Assembly: GCA_044222475.1 (NCBI GenBank)
Contig: JBGANF010000095.1
Span: 1-32,056, forward strand
Reading direction: 5' to 3'
Source of the DNA: Polyangiaceae bacterium
Lineage (GTDB): Bacteria; Myxococcota_A; Polyangia; Polyangiales; Polyangiaceae
Length of the DNA stretch: 32,056 bases
How positions within the stretch are numbered: position 1 is the first letter of the stretch; each line of letters opens with the position of its first letter. The notes beneath the pieces were generated by a model. That model saw nothing but the letters and a program-made list of their open reading frames with translations. It searched no databases and had not been told where the DNA came from. Position numbers and translations under genes: made by a program. Shown one piece after another: positions 24,823-32,056 of this stretch.

Positions 24823-25854
24823 ATGGCGGTCACCTATCGTCAAGCTGGCGTGGACATCGACGCAGGGGACGAGCTCGTCGAACGGATCAAGCCGTTCGCC
24901 AAAGCGACCCGCATCGCCGAGGTCCTCGCCGACGTGGGCGGCTTCGCCGGCCTCTGCCGCGTCCCCGACGGCATCGACGAGCCCATCCTCGTCAGCGGCA
25001 CCGACGGCGTCGGCACCAAGCTGAAGCTCGCGTTCGCGACCGGCGTCCACGACACCATCGGCCAAGACCTCGTCGGGATGTGCGTCAACGACGTCATCAC
25101 CTGCGGCGCGCGGCCTCTCTTCTTCCTCGACTACTTCGCGACCGGCAAGCTCGACGTCGCGGTCGCCGAGCGCGTCATCAAGGGCATCGCTGCAGGATGC
25201 AAGGAATCCGGCTGCGCGCTGCTCGGAGGCGAGACCGCCGAGCTGCCCGGGATGTACGCCGAAGGCGAGTACGATCTCGCGGGCTTCGCCGTCGGCGTCG
25301 TCGCGCGCTCGCGCCTCATCGACGGCACGAAGGTTCGCGCCGGCGACGCCGTGCTCGGCCTCCGGTCGTCCGGCCTCCACTCGAACGGCTACTCGCTCGC
25401 TCGCCGCGTCCTCGACTCCGCGCTGTCGGAGAAGCCCGAAGAGCTCGCCGGCAAGACCATCGCCGAGGCGATGCTCGTCCCGACGCGCCTCTACTCGAAG
25501 CACGTGCAGAAGGTCCTCGCCGACGGCGTCGCGATCCACGCGATGTGCCACGTGACCGGCGGCGGCTTGCCCGGCAACCTGCCGCGCGTGCTCCCCGAAG
25601 GGCTCGGCGTCGAGCTGCGCGCATTCCCTCGACCGCCCATCTTCGATCTCGTCGCGCGCCGCGGCCCGGTCGAGGAGCACGAGATGCGACGCGCGTTCAA
25701 CCTCGGCGTGGGCTTCGTCTTCGTCATCCCGCCCAGCGACGTCGCGAAGGCGCGCGCCTCGCTCGCCGCGATCGGCGAAGAGGCACTCGGCCTCGGCACC
25801 GTCGTCTCCGTACCCGAGGGCACCGAGTACGAAGCTCGGGTGCGCTGGCCGTGA
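24823..25854 (+). CDS. purM: Phosphoribosylformylglycinamidine cyclo-ligase (AIR synthetase)
   Basis: TYRQAGVDI, GTDGVGTKL, GARPLFFLDY, GGETAELPG, SSGLHSNGYSL, HVTGGG and FNLGVG. Confidence 0.97.
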   Translation: MAVTYRQAGVDIDAGDELVERIKPFAKATRIAEVLADVGGFAGLCRVPDGIDEPILVSGTDGVGTKLKLAFATGVHDTIGQDLVGMCVNDVITCGARPLFFLDYFATGKLDVAVAERVIKGIAAGCKESGCALLGGETAELPGMYAEGEYDLAGFAVGVVARSRLIDGTKVRAGDAVLGLRSSGLHSNGYSLARRVLDSALSEKPEELAGKTIAEAMLVPTRLYSKHVQKVLADGVAIHAMCHVTGGGLPGNLPRVLPEGLGVELRAFPRPPIFDLVARRGPVEEHEMRRAFNLGVGFVFVIPPSDVAKARASLAAIGEEALGLGTVVSVPEGTEYEARVRWP

Positions 25855-26516
25855 CGCTCGCGCTCGGCGTGCTCGTCTCGGGGACCGGCACGAACATGGG
25901 CGCGATCCTCGACGCGATCGCGGGGAAGACGCTCGACGCGGACGTGAAGGTCGTCATCTCCAACGTGCCCGGCGCCGGCGCGCTCGAGCGCGCCCGCGCC
26001 GCTGGCGTGCCCGCGGTGGTGATCGATCACAAGGCGTTCGCCTCGCGCGCCGACTTCGACGCCGCCGTCGTGACCGAGCTCCGTGCTCGTGGCGTGGAGG
26101 TCGTCGTCCTCGCCGGGTTCATGCGCCTCGTCACGCCGGCATTCCTCGACGCGTTTCCGATGAAGGTCGTCAACGTCCACCCCGCGCTCCTCCCCGCGTT
26201 CCCCGGCACGGACGGGCAGGGGCAGGCCCTCCGCTACGGCGCCCGAGTCGCCGGGTGCACGGTCCATTTCGTCGACGAAGGGACCGACACCGGTCCGATC
26301 ATCGCTCAAGCCGTCGTCCCAGTTTGGGATGACGACGACGAGAAGGCGCTCAAGACCCGCATCCTCGCGAGCGAGCACCACCTCCTCGTCACCGTGCTCC
26401 GCTACCTCGCCGCAGGGAAGGTGCGCGTCGAGCGCGGCAAGGACGGCGCGCGCGCGCGCGTCGTCCTCGACGGAGTCCCCGGCTCGTTCCTCGGCATTGC
26501 TGCGATCCCCCGATGA
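25851..26516 (+). CDS. purN: Phosphoribosylglycinamide formyltransferase
   Basis: VLVSGTGTN, LAGFMRL, NVHPALLPAFPG and GCTVHFVDEGTDTGPII. The GTG start overlaps the purM stop. Confidence 0.96.
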   Translation: MTLALGVLVSGTGTNMGAILDAIAGKTLDADVKVVISNVPGAGALERARAAGVPAVVIDHKAFASRADFDAAVVTELRARGVEVVVLAGFMRLVTPAFLDAFPMKVVNVHPALLPAFPGTDGQGQALRYGARVAGCTVHFVDEGTDTGPIIAQAVVPVWDDDDEKALKTRILASEHHLLVTVLRYLAAGKVRVERGKDGARARVVLDGVPGSFLGIAAIPR

Positions 26517-28030
26517 CCTCGCGCCACTACGACGTCGTCGTCCTCGGGACGGGGCTCGGCGCTGCCGCGGTCGCCGCGCTCCTCGCGCGTCGCTCGTTCC
26601 GAGTGCTCGTCCTGGCCCAGGGGCGCGCCCCCGCCTTCTACAAGTACGACGGGATGCCGCTCGCGCGTCGCTCGACGACGTTCCTCGCCCAGTCCGCGCC
26701 GGTGTGGCGCCGCATCCTCGCCGAGCTCTCGCAGCTCGTGACGCAGAAGCGGCGCGCCACCGCGCTCGATCCGATGTTCCAAGCCATCGTCCCCCGTGCG
26801 CGGATCGACGTCCCGCCCGACGCGGTGCTCTTCGCCCGCGAGGTCGATCGGGAGATGCCGGAGATTCGTCGCCAGACCGACGATCTCTACGCCGAGCTCG
26901 CGCGCTCGAACGCCGCCGGGGACGCGGCGCTCGACGCCGACGTCACGCTCCCGCCGAGCGGCTTCTGGGAGCGACGCGAAGCGCGCCGCATCCTCGACGC
27001 CCTGCCGCACCTCGAAGGCGACCCCGAGCGACTCCTCGCGGAGCTGCCGCCGGATCATCCGTACCGCGCGATCGCGCTCGCCACCGCGCAGTACGCATCC
27101 GACGCGGTTCCTCCGATCCCCGCGTTCGCGTTCGCTCGTCTGCACGGCGCGTGGACCCGCGGCGTCTCGACGACGCCGGGCGGCGAGTCGGACGCGGTCG
27201 ACCTCCTCCTCGAGCGCGTTCGCGCGCACGGCGGTGAGGTGCGTCTCGGTGACCGCGCCGACGAGGTGCTCGTCAAGTCGGGCAAGGTGAGCGCGGTCCG
27301 CATCGCGGAGGACGGCGAGCTCGTCGGCGCGCAGTTCGTCATCGGCGACATGCCCGTGCGCTCGCTGCTCGCGCTCGCTCGAGGCCACGACCCCTCGATC
27401 CGCGCGCTCGCGGCGCTCCCACCGGTCGAGCCGGCGCGCCACCGCTTCGTCGCGTCGGCCATCGTGCGCGACTCCGGGCTCCCCGAAGCACTCGCCGCCG
27501 AGAGCTTCGTCGCGCTCGACAAACGCGGACCGTTCCACTTCTCGCGGCTCCGTCCTCCGGGGGTCCCCGCGGGAGCGTCCCTCGTCGTCATGGAAGCGCT
27601 CGTCGATCGCGAAGGGCCGCCGCGAGGCATGCGCGGCACGCTGGTGCGGCGGCTCAAGATCGTCGCGCCCTACTTCGAGCGCCACCTCATGATCCTCGAC
27701 TCGCCCCACGACGGAGAGCCGCTCGTCGACGTGCGATCGGGCGAGCAGCGCGTCGAGCGCGCGCTCCTCCGCAGCGGAGGGGCGTTCGTCGATCCCGAGC
27801 CGATGCCGGTCCAGTACCGCACCCAAGACGAGGAGCTCCGCGGCCTCGGCGGCGACGCGTCCCGCGCTCCGGTCGACGGACTCTTCGCCGTCGGTCGGAG
27901 CATCATCCCCGCGCTCGGCCAGGAGGGCGAGCTCCTCGGCGCGTGGGGCGTCGCGCGCGTGATCACCAAGACCGACGGTCGTCGAGAACGGTTGCGCCGC
28001 GAGCTCTGGAGCAAGCTCGATGTGCGCTGA
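26513..28030 (+). CDS. Phytoene-desaturase-like FAD/NAD(P)-dependent oxidoreductase (divergent)
   Basis: YDVVVLGTGLG Rossmann motif, GG..LLERVRAHGGEVRL, C-terminal GLFAVG..P.LG. ATGA overlap with purN. Confidence 0.8.
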   Translation: MTSRHYDVVVLGTGLGAAAVAALLARRSFRVLVLAQGRAPAFYKYDGMPLARRSTTFLAQSAPVWRRILAELSQLVTQKRRATALDPMFQAIVPRARIDVPPDAVLFAREVDREMPEIRRQTDDLYAELARSNAAGDAALDADVTLPPSGFWERREARRILDALPHLEGDPERLLAELPPDHPYRAIALATAQYASDAVPPIPAFAFARLHGAWTRGVSTTPGGESDAVDLLLERVRAHGGEVRLGDRADEVLVKSGKVSAVRIAEDGELVGAQFVIGDMPVRSLLALARGHDPSIRALAALPPVEPARHRFVASAIVRDSGLPEALAAESFVALDKRGPFHFSRLRPPGVPAGASLVVMEALVDREGPPRGMRGTLVRRLKIVAPYFERHLMILDSPHDGEPLVDVRSGEQRVERALLRSGGAFVDPEPMPVQYRTQDEELRGLGGDASRAPVDGLFAVGRSIIPALGQEGELLGAWGVARVITKTDGRRERLRRELWSKLDVR

Positions 28031-28054
28031 GTGAGCCTGCGCTAAGCTCGGGGC

Positions 28055-29314
28055 GTGGACGACGAGACCGATACGCGCGCCCGAGAACGCGTCGGCAGCG
28101 TCCTCAACGACAAGTGGACGCTCGAAGCGTTGATCGGGATGGGTGGCATGGCGGCGGTGTACGCCGCGCGTCACCGGAACGGCGCGAAGGCGGCGGTGAA
28201 GCTGCTCCACCCCGAGCTCGGACGAAACCCCGACGTACGGGGGCGTTTTCTCCGCGAGGGCTACGCCGCGAACAAGGTCGAGCACACCGGCGTCGTGAAG
28301 GTCCTCGACGACGACGTGATCTCGTCCGGACCCGACGACGGCGCCGCCTACCTCGTGATGGAGCTCCTCGATGGAGTGTCCCTGGAGGATCGTCTCAAGC
28401 GCGGTCCGCCGATGGGCGAGCGCGAGCTGCTCCTCGTGCTGCGCGAGATCTGCTCGGTGCTCGAGGCCGCGCACGCAGCAGGTGTCGTTCACCGCGATCT
28501 CAAGCCCGAGAACCTCTTTCTGCTCCGCGGCGAAGGCGAGGCTCGCGTGAAGGTGCTCGACTTCGGGCTCGCCCGCCTCCGTGATGGACGGCAGACGATC
28601 GCCGGCGTCGCCATCGGCACGCCTTCGTACATGCCACCCGAGCAGGCGGCCGGCCGCATCCTCGAGATGGATCACCGCGCCGACCTCTTCGCGCTGGGCG
28701 CCACCGCGTTTCGCGTCCTCACCGGTCGGACGGTGCACCCGGCGCCGACCCCGCTCGCGATCGTGCTCCGGATGGCGAAGGAGCCCGCGCCGAAGGTGCG
28801 CTCCGTCGCGCCGAAGGTCTCGGAGGCGACCGCGAACGTGATCGATCGAGCGCTCGAGTTCGCGAAGGAAGACCGCTTCCCGGACGCCGCCGCGATGCGG
28901 GTCGCGATCGAGGGAGCGCTTCAGTCGATCACCGGCGCCGCCGAGCTCGACCGCGAGATCGAGCTCTCGCTCTCGGAGGCTCAGTCGATCCACCCGGCGA
29001 GCGAGCCTCCGCCGCCTGGTGCTCCTCCTCCTCTGGAAGCACCCGACGACGCGCCGGATCCGGGGCTCCAGTCGATCCTGCAGAGCCTCGATCTCGCCCC
29101 GCGTCCGCTCTGGAAGCGGTGGCGGATCGTCGTCGCTGCCGCGCTGGCGTGGGGCGGAATCGGGATCGCCGTCTCGCTCGAAGGCGAGCCGAACGAGCCG
29201 CGGGGCGTCGAAGCGCGGGTGCCGATCCCATCCGCTTCGACGAGCGCCTCGTCGCGTCCTGCGCGTCCGCCAGGCGGCGCGGACGGTGGCGTGCGCTCCG
29301 CAAAACCGCACTGA
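28055..29314 (+). CDS. Membrane-anchored Ser/Thr protein kinase
   Basis: GMGGMA, AVK, HRDLKPEN, DFG, GTPSYMPPEQ, DLFALG and DRF motifs. Pro-rich linker and TM segment near the C-terminus. Confidence 0.93.
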   Translation: MDDETDTRARERVGSVLNDKWTLEALIGMGGMAAVYAARHRNGAKAAVKLLHPELGRNPDVRGRFLREGYAANKVEHTGVVKVLDDDVISSGPDDGAAYLVMELLDGVSLEDRLKRGPPMGERELLLVLREICSVLEAAHAAGVVHRDLKPENLFLLRGEGEARVKVLDFGLARLRDGRQTIAGVAIGTPSYMPPEQAAGRILEMDHRADLFALGATAFRVLTGRTVHPAPTPLAIVLRMAKEPAPKVRSVAPKVSEATANVIDRALEFAKEDRFPDAAAMRVAIEGALQSITGAAELDREIELSLSEAQSIHPASEPPPPGAPPPLEAPDDAPDPGLQSILQSLDLAPRPLWKRWRIVVAAALAWGGIGIAVSLEGEPNEPRGVEARVPIPSASTSASSRPARPPGGADGGVRSAKPH

Positions 29315-29374
29315 GCGCATGGCCCTTGCGCTGGGGGGGCGGATGGGTGACCCTAGGCGACGATAAGTGACGCG

Positions 29375-31084
29375 ATGTCCGAAGCTTCCCGCAATGCGCC
29401 GATCGCACCGGGCACGGTGATCAACGATCGCTACGAGATCCGGCAGAGCCTCGGCAAGGGTGGCATGGGTGAGGTGTTCCTTGCGTACGACAGGACCACT
29501 CAACAAGCCGTCGCGCTGAAGATCGTCCGCGAGGAATCGCGGATGCCTGGCGACGATGAAGCGCTGCGTCAGGAGCTCCTCCACGCGCGCTCGGTCAGCC
29601 ACCCGAACGTGTGCCGCGTCCACGATCTGGCGCCGTCCCGCTACGGCCCCATCCTCGTGATGGAGCACATCACCGGGCAGACGCTGCACACCCACATCCG
29701 GCGGAAGAAAGCCCAAGGCGGCTACACCTCCGACGAGTTCCGTCGCCTCGCGAGCGAGGTCGCGGCGGGCGTCGCTGCGATTCACGCGCAGGGCCTGGTC
29801 CACGGCGACCTGAAGCCGGGCAACGTGATGGTGACCGCCTCGTCCGACGGCGGGCTCGGCAAGGCCGTCGTCCTCGACTTCGGGTTCGCGAAGGAGCGCG
29901 CGCGCGTCAGCGCTCGTCGCCCCGGCGCTCCTCCCGACGGCGGAACCCCGAACTACATGTCGCCCGAGCGCATCCGCTCCGGTGGCGCGTCGATGGAAGA
30001 CGACGTCTACGCGCTCGGGCTCACCCTCTGGGAGATGTGGACGTGCCGCGTGCCCGAGCCCGGCTACAAGCCCCGCGCGAAGCCGATGCGCGCCCAGATC
30101 ATGTTCGACGTGCCCGCCGGGCTCAGCATCGACGAGATCCGCCAGATCTTCCGCTGCCTCTCGGAGGATCCGCAGCAACGGCTCCCCGCGCGTCACCTCC
30201 GGTTCTTCAACCCGACCACGCTGACGACGAACCCGATGCAGGTCGCGCGCGAGCGCCTCGACCCGGGCCCGCCGCCCGGCCGCAGCGCGACGCAGCAGTT
30301 CGCGCCGGCGCAGCAGGCGCTCCTCGCGACGTTCGCCTCGAACGCGACGGAGTTCGTCGGCGAGATCGTCAGCCTCGACAAGGCCGAGATCACGATCGGG
30401 CGCCGCGGCGACAACGACGTGGTGGTCCCGGAAGCGACCGCGAGCGGTCAGCACGCGAAGCTCAAGTGGCAGAACGGCAGCTGGGCGATCGAGGACATGG
30501 GCTCGACGAACGGCACCTACGCCGAGCACACGTACGAGCGACGAAAGACCGTCAACCTGATGCACGGCAACGAGGTGCAGTTCGGGGAGCTCCGCTTCAA
30601 GCTGGTGTCGTTCGCGCGGGAGAGCCCGCAGCACAAGCGCGCGCGCGCGTACCTCGCCAAGCGTGACGGGCTGACCGGTCTGCTCACCCGAGAGCAGCTC
30701 CTCAAGTCGCTCGACGAAGAAGCGCATTTCTCCGAGTGGGTCGACGCTCCGCTCCACATCGCCCGCTACGAGATCCGCGGGCCGAACCGGCTCGTGTCCG
30801 ATCGCCCGACCATCCTCGAGATGCTCGCGTTGCGGCGCGCGGCGACGCGCGTCGTCGAGCTCACCGACATGTTGATCCTGTCGCTCATCGCGGTCACCGC
30901 CGGGAAGACGGGGCCGCTCCGCTTCGCCGTCGCGATGGTGGGGCCCGGTCCGCAGGAGGCGCGCAACCTCGTCGAGCAGGTCGTCGGTCAGGTGCAGGGG
31001 ATGCTCCCCGAGGGTCTCGATCTCACCGCTTCGATCGCGCGCTGCGAGGGCGCGGCGACGGTGAGCAAGCTCATCGATCCTTGA
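29375..31084 (+). CDS. Ser/Thr kinase - FHA - degenerate GGDEF-like fusion protein
   Basis: Kinase: GKGGMG, ALK, HGDLKPGN, DFG, YMSPE. FHA: IGR..SGQHA..DMGSTNGT. Tail begins RDGLTGLLTRE. Confidence 0.88.
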   Translation: MSEASRNAPIAPGTVINDRYEIRQSLGKGGMGEVFLAYDRTTQQAVALKIVREESRMPGDDEALRQELLHARSVSHPNVCRVHDLAPSRYGPILVMEHITGQTLHTHIRRKKAQGGYTSDEFRRLASEVAAGVAAIHAQGLVHGDLKPGNVMVTASSDGGLGKAVVLDFGFAKERARVSARRPGAPPDGGTPNYMSPERIRSGGASMEDDVYALGLTLWEMWTCRVPEPGYKPRAKPMRAQIMFDVPAGLSIDEIRQIFRCLSEDPQQRLPARHLRFFNPTTLTTNPMQVARERLDPGPPPGRSATQQFAPAQQALLATFASNATEFVGEIVSLDKAEITIGRRGDNDVVVPEATASGQHAKLKWQNGSWAIEDMGSTNGTYAEHTYERRKTVNLMHGNEVQFGELRFKLVSFARESPQHKRARAYLAKRDGLTGLLTREQLLKSLDEEAHFSEWVDAPLHIARYEIRGPNRLVSDRPTILEMLALRRAATRVVELTDMLILSLIAVTAGKTGPLRFAVAMVGPGPQEARNLVEQVVGQVQGMLPEGLDLTASIARCEGAATVSKLIDP

Positions 31085-31090
31085 GGCGGC

Positions 31091-31774
31091 ATGGAAGTAC
31101 CCCCCAGCAGCCGCGGACCCCGCGCGCCGTCGTCTCCTGACGCTCAGCCTCCGCGATCGTCGCGTCTAGGCTCGGGGCCGCCGTCGGAGCCGCGCATCGC
31201 GACGACCAAGCCGATCGACGGCGACGGGGATCGCGCGCCGCGCATCCAGATCGTCGCGGCGCTGCTGCTCGTCCTGGTGCTCGTCGTCGTACCCCTGTAC
31301 CTCTGGCGCCGCCCGCGCGTCGCCGAGAATGACGGGCCCCCGGCGGCGTCGCAGGTCGCAGTCATCACGCCGGTCGTCGGCATGGGCGACGGCGGTACCG
31401 ATGCGGCGGGCTCGTCGCTCGTCACCCTCGGCGAGCTGAAGATGATCGAGTGCCACGATCCGGGGCCCAAGCACACGGCGCCGGCGGACTGCGACCGCGT
31501 GCCGACGTTCGAGCACGCCGTCACCGATGCGATCCGCGCGGAGGCCGCCTGCGGAGCCGGGGCAGGGGAGGTTCTCTGGATCGTCGACGTGAGCACGCTG
31601 CGCAAGAAGTCGCCGGTGCTCCTGTCGGTGACGAAGGACGGCCACGCGCTGAAGAGCGGAAAAGTCGCGACCGACTGCACGACGGCGGTGAAGCGAGCGC
31701 TCTCGTCGGCGACGCTGGACCCGACGCACGCCCACGCGCGCTACAAGATGGAAGTCACCGCCAACTACCGGTAG
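31091..31774 (+). CDS. Single-pass membrane protein with a Cys-containing extracytoplasmic domain
   Basis: GAGG RBS, Pro-rich N-terminus, TM IVAALLLVLVLVVVPLYLW, four Cys in the C-terminal domain. Confidence 0.75.
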   Translation: MEVPPSSRGPRAPSSPDAQPPRSSRLGSGPPSEPRIATTKPIDGDGDRAPRIQIVAALLLVLVLVVVPLYLWRRPRVAENDGPPAASQVAVITPVVGMGDGGTDAAGSSLVTLGELKMIECHDPGPKHTAPADCDRVPTFEHAVTDAIRAEAACGAGAGEVLWIVDVSTLRKKSPVLLSVTKDGHALKSGKVATDCTTAVKRALSSATLDPTHAHARYKMEVTANYR

Positions 31775-31818
31775 GGGGCGGGTTGCGCGGGCGAGCGGAT
31801 TCGCGCAACATATCCCTC

Positions 31819-32019
31819 ATGTGCCGCGTTGCCCCCGCCCTCCTCGCGTTCACTCTGCTCTTCGCCCCCGCGCTCGCCCTCGCGTGCCCCGGGAGCGCGA
31901 ATCAATCCGGGGGAAGCTGCTGCGGCGGGGGCTCCGGGACCGCTCCGGCGCTCGGAATCGGCATGATCGTCGGCATCGGCTCCGTCGCGCTCGAGAGTGT
32001 GCTACGTAAGCGCCGCTGA
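31819..32019 (+). CDS. Small secreted/membrane-anchored Cys-rich protein (66 aa)
   Basis: MCRVAPALLAFTLLFAPALALA signal, CPG..SCC, second hydrophobic helix, basic RKRR end. Confidence 0.65.
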   Translation: MCRVAPALLAFTLLFAPALALACPGSANQSGGSCCGGGSGTAPALGIGMIVGIGSVALESVLRKRR

Positions 32020-32056
32020 ATGAGGCGTTTGCCCGTCGTCGTCGTCGGTGAGAACG
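32020..32056 (+). CDS. Start of the next gene (truncated by window edge)
   Basis: ATG immediately follows the preceding TGA and reads MRRLPVVVVGEN. Confidence 0.4.
   Translation, partial: MRRLPVVVVGEN

Noticed and set aside
31782..31809. GTTGCGCG-N12-CGCGCAAC inverted repeat
   Set aside because: An 8-bp GC-rich dyad with no U-tract could arise by chance. Insufficient support.
1..32056. CRISPR array, tRNA, rRNA, transposase, prophage or defence island
   Set aside because: No regularly spaced repeats, RNA-gene signatures or mobile-element proteins seen. Composition appears uniform.

Overview
High-GC (about 70% by eye) bacterial chromosome segment. Gene content points to Myxococcota, probably Polyangiaceae/Labilithrix-like (inference): three Hanks-type kinases, many lipoproteins with DAG/DGG-rich linkers, and ferritin-like and DUF1566 proteins. 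It holds about 27 CDSs, including purM-purN, glgX, malQ, an OPT transporter, an HtrA-like protease, a di-heme peroxidase, a penicillin-acylase-family protein, a C25 peptidase and a DUF790 nuclease. I found no rRNA, tRNA, CRISPR array, transposase or integrase. Most notable: (1) a lipoprotein gene resembling the AAC4 family whose internal ~255 bp (166-420) is inverted, so its C-terminal half now lies on the opposite strand; (2) a TAnnnT -10 box 6-9 nt before the start codon of 11 genes, suggesting widespread leaderless transcription; (3) a nested REP-doublet element with compensatory changes; (4) three AT-rich operator-like palindromes; (5) unusual fusions (thioredoxin-like + di-heme peroxidase; kinase-FHA-degenerate GGDEF) and a natural GGSG-His7 tail. 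Family assignments come from recalled motifs, not database searches.
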